From contig CM097885.1 in the NCBI GenBank assembly GCA_044892525.1, positions 252,464,001 through 252,528,000 on the forward strand: a DNA stretch of 64,000 nt. The letters run 5' to 3'. Shown piece after piece: positions 49,001 to 61,000 of this stretch. This DNA is from Schmidtea polychroa (Eukaryota). Positions within the stretch are counted from its first letter, which is position 1. The number at the start of each line of letters is the position of its first letter. A model generated the notes under the pieces. The model worked only from the letters and a program-made list of their open reading frames with translations, did no database searches and was not told where the DNA came from. The position numbers and the translations under genes are program-made.

Positions 49001-52000
49001 TACAGTCCTTGGAAGTTTTTGATTGAAATGGTATGTGGATTTCTTTTCTTCAACTTTCAAAACACATTGAGTAGCAATATCATTACATTTTAGCGTATAT
49101 CTTCCCGCATCTTCCATAGCGACTTTCTTAATTTCTGCGATATAGTCTTGGCCCTCACTGCGATTAATAAAAGTCAATAACAAAATTTATATTCATTTGG
49201 CATTTTTACTTGATAAAATTATATTTTGGACCTTGAAAAACTTCTAATTTGTTTTTCAACCATCGATATTTAGCGTTAGGCTTACAAAAAGAAGCTTTCA
49301 GTGTCACTTTCAAGGAGCCTTCATTGCAGGTGACGTCTGTCAATTCTGTAATGAATTTTTCTTTTTCCTATATAACATTTGAATTGTCAAGACATGTAAA
49401 ATTATATGCAAAACATTAGATAAACTGAAAATCAAAATGGAGGTTAAATCAAAGACGATAATTACTCTGTCAGATAGTATTTTATATATTTAAACAGTAC
49501 AAAAATAACATACTATATGCAATAAATCACCTAATTTTACATATGAAAAGAAATATTTTTGACATCGTTTATCAAAGTATTTTTGAAAAGACCTTTGACT
49601 TTTGCCAGAAAATTAAGTNNNNNNNNNNNNNNNNNNNNNNNNNNNNNNNNNNNNNNNNNNNNNNNNNNNNNNNNNNNNNNNNNNNNNNNNNNNNNNNNNN
49701 NNNNNNNNNNNNNNNNNNNNNNNNNNNNNNNNNNNNNNNNNNNNNNNNNNNNNNNNNNNNNNNNNNNNNNNNNNNNNNNNNNNNNNTTAAAAATTGTTAT
49801 AATAATAATAGGCATAATTAAAAGAAAATATTTATAATATAATAACCGTCATTAATTTTTTTGTTTGTTTGTACGTGTGTCAGATCAAATTGAAACTAGC
49901 CCTATTTTAAGGAATGTGTGGAAAAAGTAAAAAAAACGTCTTAATCCGGGGGAGCTAGAACGTAAGCGTGCGAAGAACAGAATTTAACAGCAAGAAAAAC
50001 GCTCTACTGAAACTGATGAAGCTAGAAGGCAGGCGAATGCAGCTAATCAAAGGCAAAGGAGACAAAATCTAATGGGAGAAGAACCTCAAAAAATGTTCGA
50101 GGCAAGCTCAAAGAACTGAAGAACTGAAACTGAGGATGAGTAACAGGCCATATTGGAAGCTGAACATTTGCAACAAGTTCAAAGGAGGAATGACGAAACT
50201 GAGGATGAATATCAGACCAGATTTTGGAAGCTGAACGTTTTATTATCTTTTAACTTTTCCTGCCATGCTTGACGGGGGATTATACTAGTTTATTTATATT
50301 TTAAAAAACGTATATAATTGTATAAAAAGCTAAAATATTTTATATTCTTATCATAAATATTTAGTCCTTATCATTGAAGATGCAATGGTGCTTGTTGGAA
50401 GTACATAAATCACTTTGTGGATTGCATTGGAAAAGAACAAAAAGAAGACAATAATAACCATCGCAGTAAAATTTCAAAAAGCAACTTTTTACAAGAAACA
50501 AATATGGAAAAAAATTGAGAAAGAAAAGGATTTACACCCGCTCTAACAGCGTAAAAGTAAGAACAGAAATAAATATTTTCTTTCGTAAAATAGGAGTAAT
50601 TTTGATTGAAAATCGAGAAAGATATAAATAGCAATATTTAGAATTTCTTATAACTGCATTGGAATTATAGAATCAGATTCGTTCCAAGAAAGGTTTCGAG
50701 AAAATTTAAATAAGGAAACTCAGCTAAAGGAGACCTAGTTACTTAAACTTCTGTGCTGTAACTAAATCTAACTTAATAAATTTTTCGTATGACAAGTTAG
50801 ATCGCCATAATTTCATCTAGGTACCCAAAAGTCAATAATTTTATGTCCCCTTCTGAAACAAAATAAAAAGGTGAGAGTAAATAGCACCATAATTCCTCGC
50901 AGAGGATTTATTTCTTCGATAACGGTTGAGATAACTGTTTCTGAAATGTTCTCTATTGAAATGTTACTGGGTACTTTTGAAACTAAATGTTAAATATTAC
51001 TTTTATTTGCTTTATTTACTATTTATTGGAATCAGTAATATAATAATTTTTTTATAAATATAAAAGAATAATATAAAGAAAATTTCAAACTTGTTTAGGT
51101 TTTTCGTGATGCTTCAATGCAGGAAATCCTGGAATTACATCAGCAAGAGATGTTCTTCGGCTTCCCATTGATTCTCTTCTTTGCTGTAATTGAGATTCAA
51201 GCGCTTTAGGATCTAACAGACCTGCAGTTTTTGGCATTTCAGTTTGAGAAGATCGTCTACTGTCAGCTTTTTCCTGGGATATTTTTTTGGTTAACAGTTT
51301 GATAAATTCAAATTGAAATTTTAAATGATTTAAGCAATGTTATTCAGTTTTTTATCAACACGTGAACGATTTGTTTTAATTGTAGAAACAAACTAAAAAG
51401 TAGAAATTTAAAATTAAAGAACTGTTCTACTTAATTTTCTTATTTAGTTTCTGTGAACATTTAAATAATTGTTTATCATTATTTATCATTTAAATTCTTA
51501 CAACATTAATAGGTTCCCCGTCTTCAGTTTTTTCAACCTTTTTCAGATTCATTTTAATTAAATCAATTTGAGATGGACGACGACTACCCTTGGATGATGG
51601 CACTGCAAGTTCTCCTAAAGCATCATCTTCCTCAGATTCCTCTCTAAAGTGAATGGATATATATTTCAAAATTTTCTGATTTGATTCTTACTCAGGCATT
51701 ATTGAATTTTTTCGATCTTTTACATAAACCATAAATTTTTTTGAGTCGTAAATAATTCCTCCGTATTCGAGATTCACTGTGTATTTTCCTTCATCTTTTG
51801 GTTCTGCTTTTTTCATAACTAATGTAACTTTTTTAGTTGTCGGGTCATTTTTAATAGAAATTCGACTGTCCGGATGGAGTTCTTTTCCACCTTTGTGGAA
51901 TCTTACATCAGGCATTGGTTCACCAGAAATTTGTATTGGAACCGTAATTGTTGAACCTGAGTTTAAAAGGAGTTATATTTTATATTAAAAATATTAAAAA

Positions 52001-55000
52001 TTAATCTATGAATAGGATGTTGGATTTACCTTGACCAACTTCGACATTACTAATATCATAAGTGAATGCAGGCCCGGCTCCAACAATTTCTTTTGTTAAT
52101 TTTTTAGGTCCTTCGGTTTCATACACTGAAAGAAATTATTCATTGTTAATAAATATTAAAAACAAAAAAAAGAAAAAGAAATTAATCAGTAAAAATTACT
52201 GAATTTAAATATAAAATTAAATTATGTTACAATCAAGATAGAAGAGAAAAACTGATAATATTCCACGGAGTCAGACCATGTCATGAATTATTTTTACACC
52301 AAAATAATTGAAACTATATTGTGTTTTCCAGAACATAAGAATATTTTAATTTTTCAATCCATTTGATAATGTTGAAATACATCCTTGCGGTTATTTCTCG
52401 TTTAGACAAAAAAGATTCAAGGTGTAGAAATAACTCTCCTCGATTTGTTATAGTAGCTTTGGTACAACTGGAAATTTATAAATCTATTTCCTTCAAAGCC
52501 TTTGAGTTTTTTAATTAAAATTTATATTCTCAATTTTATTTGTAAGTCTCAAATAATCGTAAATAATGATTACCATATATTCGGCCTTACGTCACTTAAA
52601 ATGTTTAGAGTTCCCTAATCAAAATAAATAGTAAATAAGAGAATAAATTCTATGTCTAAGCCGTACAAATATATCTGACAGTCAGGAAGCAAAAAATGGT
52701 TAAGCATTTACGTCGACGGAAAACAATTTATTTATTAAGTATTAACTTTGGTATAATTATTTTAATATTGTCAAAATTAAAATATAAAAATATCATAATG
52801 TTTGCTAAATAGTCCAAAAATAATTACCTATTATATATAAATAGGGTTATTACTCAATTCCATAAACAAGTAATTAAAAGAATTTTTTTATGTTTCACTA
52901 TTCTAATGCAACCATTCTAATATTATTAAATAGTTAAAACAAATCTTTAGGACTCCAAAATACGTATCAAGATTGTATTATTTTATTAATTAATGAATTA
53001 AACTTACAATTCCATGTTCACTCAATCATGGTCCTTACTATCAGAACCATGTGTGGCGCATCTAATAAAACCTTCATAGTGGGTACTACAATACCGTAAT
53101 GAGTTTTGTGAAATATATAAACTAAAAAGATGCTTTAACTGTAATAAACATAGAGATTTCTTATTTATAATTATCAGTTTCAGTTTTATTATAGTAATTA
53201 CAGTTCAAACAGCCACATAGCCAGAATAAATTATCAAGGTTTCTAAATAAGTTTCCATAGGGGAATTTTCAGTTGAGATATGTCGAAGATCAAAATTTTA
53301 TAAAATGTTAATACTTTAATTAACTTAAATAATTTTATGTTCATAAAAATTTCGATAAAATCAAAAAAAATTGTCCATGAAGAAAAATGACATCAAAACA
53401 CTGATGAATGTATAAGTAGTTGAAGGTCAGTTTATTTAACCGTAATATAAACAAAATATTACATCGGATTTGTTTGAAAGATGCGTCTTTCAAAAAGTCA
53501 TTTATTAAGCTGTGATTTTGATTAAGTGGTACATTTTGAATAAAAAGATGAAAGATATATGATTATAAAATTAATTGTTTACATTTAAAATAAAAATGTA
53601 ATAATAAAAATAAAATGTAATCACTTTGCATCAATGGAAAAAGACTTACTTTATCTCACAGAAAGTAGAATATTATATATAATTAATAATATTGCCTCGT
53701 TGAGGCAAATCTTTTAAGTAATACACAAAATATAAATTCATTTTTTAAAAGTTTTACTATAGAAATAAGCAATATATCTATTGTCTAAAATTATATTTAA
53801 TAGAAAAACTAAATCTGCCAAAAATTAAATAAATAGAAATTAGAAATTATAAGCAAAATATTTTTATAATAAATAAAATAAAGCCAAATTAATTTATTTT
53901 TTTCTTCTCTTATAACACTATTATATTAANNNNNNNNNNNNNNNNNNNNNNNNNNNNNNNNNNNNNNNNNNNNNNNNNNNNNNNNNNNNNNNNNNNNNNN
54001 NNNNNNNNNNNNNNNNNNNNNNNNNNNNNNNNNNNNNNNNNNNNNNNNNNNNNNNNNNNNNNNNNNNNNNNNNNNNNNNNNNNNNNNNNNNNNNNNNNNN
54101 NTTTGTATTATATATTTGAAAAATTTTATAAAATATTAAATTATTTTAAAATAAAATAATCAAAAACAAAAACAAAAATCTACTTAAATAATTCTTATAT
54201 AATATATAACCAGAATAAACAATTAATTGAAAAATCAAAATATCGTCATAATTAGATGTAGCAAATTATAATCAGAAAATGGGAAATATTTTCTGTTAAA
54301 TGGTAAATCAAAAATTCAATGGCATTTTCTAACAGATTGTGAAAAAAAATTTTCTAAATTGATTCTTTTAATTATTTTGGTTTTCATCGTGAACATGACA
54401 ACGTGGTAGAAATATCCGAATTTCTCTCCATTGATAGAATTTGACAAGATATATAAAAAGCAATCAGACCATCAAAATCTAATAAGTGCGACTGATAATA
54501 AATATCATAGAGGAAAGAGTGATTTCACATAATCCTATTGGCGTGTGTACGCACTAAATCTTATAAAATTAGCAAGTATAAAAACATTGAAAATTTGTTG
54601 AACGAAAATTTAAATTTATCCATTGTTTATTGTAAGTTATTAGTAAACAAATTTTTTATTTAGACAACAACACGTGATTGGATAATAATAGGAATTGTGC
54701 GGCTTTTATTTAAATTGAGGATTCTCAATTATTAATTTTTCTGATATATTTTAAATTCATTTATTTACGTCTTAATTTACACATCCTGCTATAAAAGTAT
54801 TACATAAATTTATGAAAATGATCAATTGTGTCACTTTGTAACAACCATGGTAGAGAAGGACTACGACATTTCCGGGCTAATGGGGAAATCTGTTTATGTA
54901 TTTTATGTATTTATGTAAGTTATTAGCTTCCTATTTACAAAGCATAAAGAAATTGAATATCATGAATGTATTTGAAGTGTCTAATCTAAACAATGTAACA

Positions 55001-58000
55001 AAAAGACCAAGAAATCTATAGTTAACCAAATATGAAGTTGCGTCACTAAAAACTATTTCATTCGAAGACATAATGGAAAAATTTGAAAATTACTAGGTTG
55101 TTTGAAAATTTTTTAATTTAGATGTTGTAATAAAATTATTTATAGAAGACTTATCTTATGGTTGTAGAGACGTAATTATTGAACTTTTTTCACAACCATC
55201 TCGGGTGAATCGACTTCATGACACTACTAGTATTTGCACACGGTTCTTGAACTTTTAATTTTACAAACCAAAACATGTTTAAAATCACTTAATCTTTTTC
55301 AAAACTAAGCATAGATATCTTATTTCTTCAATGAACCTCAGAACATGAAAATTCATCTACAAAAATTTTTTTGAAGAAAGCAAATATAAATGCAGCTTAG
55401 TATTAAAGTGTTAAAATATAGATGAATAAATGTGATTTTGAAAAATACAATAATTGCGAAATCTTACAATTTCATCAGTTTAAATGTTTTGCGTATTGTT
55501 TTCTTATAAAATCAAAATCTGTTGTTGAAAACCGAATTAAAATTTCTTGCATTTTATTTATTAATATCTGAAGCATTTACTTTGAAAAATAATTCTAAAT
55601 TACTTTCATTAGAAAAGATAGTCTTGGTTGGTTTGACTTTCAAAATGTTTATTATGCTGTCAAAATTATTTATTAAAATCATCAAATTTAATATTTTTTT
55701 GAGTTTCAAAAGGGTTTTTATTTCCAAAAATGATCATTGTTAAGAGATATTTAATATAGAATAAAGTCAATAGTAAATCAAAAATATTTTTTTATTTAAA
55801 TATTCAAATCTAATCTAAGAATATAATTTGAAAATATAAAGTTACTGTATTATTTCAATAGTATCAACACCTCTTAAACAAGAATTGTTTTTTCACTGTT
55901 ATTTTTGCTTTCCTATGGTTTATCCTCGTCATTATTTCGATTTATAATTTTCATTCATTAACTTCTCTGAGTAAATCGATTTCCTTATTGGTTTTCTTCA
56001 TCTAGTCACTCAGATTGACTTGTTTTATATTTTGTGTGCCTTGAGTGCAATTGTAATCAATTCGATATTTTTGTAGGAAAGCTTGGAATATCTTAGATTT
56101 AAACTGTGATTTATTTTTAGAAAAACTTAAATAATAAACAATTTGTAAGAGTTGAGGTTGTAAATATGAATGTTAAGATAGGAACAATGTATCAAACACA
56201 AGAAGATATAATTAAATGGAATATTGTATCCATATATCCTTATTTTGTAGGATATCGAATTATATTCCATTATGCAAGACTTTCAGTTTGCTTAAAAAGG
56301 TTTAGAAAAGTATATGAAAGATCCTTATTGTTTTTTATTTAACACAAATTTTCGGCACAGCTTTTTTCAGGTGTCTAATCGATAGTTTAAAAATAAAAGA
56401 AAATATACAAACTTGCTGAGATGTCTTGTGATTTCGATGGTTGTTGAACTTTTGCCTGAAATGGTTGAGGTGCTGGTGGTGCAGATTTTTCTTCATTGTT
56501 TTGTTTCGGTGAATCTTGTTCTATTCAATAAATGGAATTGATTTCTTTCGAAGAATGAAATCAATTAAAAAATAACCTTTGACTTTTAAATATGCCGTCG
56601 ATGAGTCTTGTCCCCAGTCATTTTTCACCTCAATTGAATAATTGCCAGAGTCATCGGGGAAAACTTCAGCAATGACAAGTCTGGCAATTCCACCGACATA
56701 AGTTTGCTCAAATTCCGCAGTATTTTGCAATGGTTTTCCTTCACGTAACCATTTGACGGAAATTGGCTCAGTTCCATTGACTTTCACCGTAAATTCCACT
56801 TCATCTCCATCGACTGCTTCTATTGGTTCAAGTTTAATTGTAAAACTTGGTTTTTCTCCTTTCTTGATTGGAGCTTGAAAAATGAAAAATTATCTCTGAC
56901 TTTCATCTAACTTAGAAACTTTTACCACTAAGATTTAAATTGACATTGGAAGAAGTCTGACCAGCTTCTGATTTGATATCACACTGATAATTTCCATTGT
57001 CTTTTTCGGTGACCTAAACATGAGAAATCAATCATTAAAAGTTGAAAACCTATGATTATTACATCATCAATTTCAAGAATCATTATGTAATAATTATCTT
57101 GTTTAACGATATCGATAAAATATCTCCCGCTTGATTTAATAGGTTTTTTAGCAAATAGCCAACTCGCTTCCGGTTTTGCTGAAGATTCGACTTTAATTTC
57201 AATAATTGCCCGACGACCCCCATCCTCTTGTTTAATAACAGGTTCACCTATGACTACTGGTGGAGTAGGTTTTGTTTTGATGCTAAATAACAATAAATTC
57301 AACCTACCCATTTCATATATGATAAAAACTTACTCGGATATGTCCAATTTCAAATCGTTGGCATTTCCCACAGAATTCGTAGCAACTACCCGGTACATAC
57401 TGAGCTCACTTTCGACAAAATTCTAAGTAAAATACCTTAAACTATTTACCATTAAATCATTTTTAATTACAGTTAACTTCAAAGTCGACAAATACACATC
57501 ACTTCCTTCTTTGCTTCTTGTTAATTCAATCTTTCCTGGTAGACTTTTTACTTCTGTTGTCCCTTTAAACCATTTAATTTCTGGTTCTGGGTTAGCTTTG
57601 CAACGACAAGTTAACGTCATTTGTTTTCCACCGACACCCGGAACAATTTGTATTTTATCCACAAAACTTGGAATCAATCCATCTTTCATTTCGGACGCTG
57701 AAATATTTCCCCGTTATGAAATTGAAATAATATTTCGTTAAAAATTCCAATATAGTTGACCAAATCCATAATTTATAAAGAAAAAATGGCGGATATTATA
57801 TGAATAAAGAAAAGTATTGAATGAAAAAAGGATTGGCAATGACGTCATCATTTAATCGAATATTATTTTCCAATCAAATTGTTTAATTTGTTAAATTCTT
57901 GTAAATTATGATGGAATTAATATTTATATATATTTTGTGGAATTGATGCATTCGCAAAGGATTTTTTATCTATTTTTGGAATTGTTAATGGTAAAGATGA

Positions 58001-61000
58001 AGGTGATTATTATTAACTTAGTAATAAATTGTGAATGATCCTTTTTTTCTGAATTGACTTTACAACGAAAAGCCGAACGTTTGTTTTCCAACAATATTCG
58101 GTAAAATTTGAATTTTATCAACAAAACGTGGAATTGATCCTTCTATTAATTCAGTAACGGAAGAAAAAGTCTTTTCCATTGTGGATTTGTAATTTTTTTT
58201 CGTCGCAAATTCCAATTTTGAACCCATATGGCACTCCTGTTATTGATATTTTAATCAAAAATAGTAACTTATTAGCGTTATACGGCAACACGCCATATGG
58301 ATTTGACAGTATTCGAAGGAGACAATTGGAAGCAATTTTGTTTACAAAATGGCGGTTAATATTTTTAAGAAAGCTATTGATTAAAAATGATTGACAATGA
58401 AGTTATCGTTTAATCGAATATTATTTTACAACGAAGTTGACAAGATATTATAAAAGTTTTGGCTTTTAATATTGACGGAGATCATTTCTATGTATTTCAT
58501 AGAATTATTAAAATTGCAGTTTCTTTTAATCAACTTTCGATTTGGAAACTGATACTAATTATTAATTAGTTATTAATAAATGTTCAGAGATTTATTATTT
58601 CTTCTAAGTAATTCAAATTACATGAAACAGACCCTCTAAAGTAAGTAATGAAACTCATATATATTTTACATTATTTTTATTTGGAATTGAAATTCTAAAA
58701 GACTAAAATATCTTGGATCTTTGTGCTATCTGAGAGTTTTTTATATCAAAATTCATTAATTTTTTATTTGTAAATTTGATTAATAAAAATGCATGATTAT
58801 CTATATAAAAATATTCGGCTATAAAGCTATTTAAAATGATTAATTATTAGTTATTGATTATTATTTTTATATAAAAATTTTGAATATTAAAATAGATTTT
58901 AAGAAGAGAATCTGTGTTTAATTTATACACTACTAGGAGATAAAAATATAATCATAAATATATAAGTATGATAAAGGTCGTCCTTTTCTTGGAGAAAAAG
59001 TTTCGAAGTTACTAAAATATTTTAATAATTTATATTAATACATGTTTATTATTGTAATATAGCTTGTGGGGGGCGATACATCGGAAGCTGCATTATTAAA
59101 TAACCCAGAATTAAAACTAATCAAGACCTTAATAGATACTATGCGTACCTTGAAGTTACGAAATATTGCCTCAGTGTCTATAGTGCATCATGTCACAGAC
59201 AAAATTGACTTCGGTAATTTTGCGAAAATAAAACCAAGAAAACATTGTATGATGTTTTAATTACATTTCTCACTTTAGAAATATATTTATAATTTTATAT
59301 TTTTTCCTATGTATTCATTCGGCATTTTGTCTAAGCAGGTTCGAAGCTACTAACAAAATGAGCCATGTGTATAACCAGTAAATATAATACCGTTCTTGAG
59401 AATTTCAAGTATAAATTAACGGAAATCTTGAATATGTTTAACTTCAATTAATATCAAAAGAAGCATATAAATGATTTGTGGCATATCCAACGGGGCAAGA
59501 GAAATGTCTCCTCTCCAAAAAGGGAAAAATCATTATAGAATTGACTAAAATGAAGGTTTTCATTATTTATAATATTTCGGTCGATAATTCGCTTTCTAAA
59601 AATCCCGCAACTTTTAAAATCGATGTCAGATTGTGGTTCAAAACCAACTACAATAGACCTCTTTATGTAGGAAAGATAACTGGATTTTGTTCCTTAAGTA
59701 AATATTTACAATCACATAATATAGTGATGCACTTGCTACGTTCCATTGACCACATGTGGCTTGCCACGTTTTTCACAGAGGCCCCCAAAAAATTACACGA
59801 TATTTTGTAATTTTTATTTTTTACTTAAATTTAGTCATTCAAAATAATAAATTTTACAAATAGAACAAAAATTCATTGAAACTAAAATTAAAAAAATTTT
59901 CTAACAAAATATAAAACATTTATTTTTTCGTTTCAAAATTTAATGAAAGAGAAATGAAAAATGCTTTTTCCTCGTATGATTTCATAAAAAGATGTAAATT
60001 AATTAAATTGATTTAGTGTGAATTAAAACAATATTTTAATATTGCATTATTTATCGATCGTAATTTAATCAGTTCAATTGTTAGCTGTGCATATAATTTA
60101 TCAAGAGTTTCTGCTATTATCGATTTATTTCACCATATTTTTGACAAATTATTTAATTTTTGATATATCCTAATTATATAACAGATATGCAAAGCTCACA
60201 TTATTAATTTCAAATATTTGAATATAATATTTTTTTTATTAATTATTAACTTGTTTATTGTTTTTATTTGAGAATTAAAAGGATATTTATTACAAAATTT
60301 AAACAATTCCTAATTCTCCAATTACTTAGTAATTTGTAAAATGGCTCGCTGTTGAAATAGATTGAGCACCACGGACCTGTGAATTTTGTTGCATTTGCAT
60401 TGTAATAGTTTTACCCTTTCATCTTATTGTTTATATTTGAGATTTATTATTATTAATTTTTAAAATTACTGTTTTTATACAAAATTTCATTTAAAAATTT
60501 CAACTTTTCCCTTAATATTTTAGCCTAAAAATAAAAATGTTTATCATGATTATTATTCAGTTTTCAAGTTGATTATTTATTTTATATATTTCTAATATAT
60601 TTCAAAATATGAGTACCAATTTCAGCGGCTAAATGAGTGCTAGCAATTTGAGGATATCCTTATAAAATTAGACATAAATTTTTGTTTTTAATTTACTCAA
60701 GGTAATCAATAATAATTTATAAATTGATATAATTCGCTCCAATAGAATCGGCATCAGTCGATGTGTGCAACGGTGCTAGTGTGCTAGAATTAATGGAATT
60801 CAGTGCATGGGTTGACAACATGACAAGATGAACCGGGGAATGATGCAGGTAAGCACTGTGAATTCTCATGTCATCCAATATGTTATGGTACAAGCATGCG
60901 GCCTGTCTCACGTACAGGAAAATGTTATATACACCAAACACCACTGAGATACGTTCTCTATAGTGGTGGTTGGCGTGTAAAATAACTCACCAATTTATTT

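Larger units (their letters stand above)
8732..54101. other. Assembly gaps (N runs)
   Basis: 8732-8897, 12522-12672, 15038-15236, 16072-16331, 38593-38788, 40168-40301, 41015-41248, 49619-49786, 53930-54101. Confidence 0.98.

Noticed and set aside
8644-49837. ORFs containing X runs (8644, 8685, 12460, 14990, 15020, 15992-16406, 38567, 39929, 40159, 40758-41465, 49537-49837)
   Set aside because: Artefacts of translating through N gaps.
60744-60849. Plus-strand exon-like segment ending CAG|GTAAGC
   Set aside because: Stops in all three frames.
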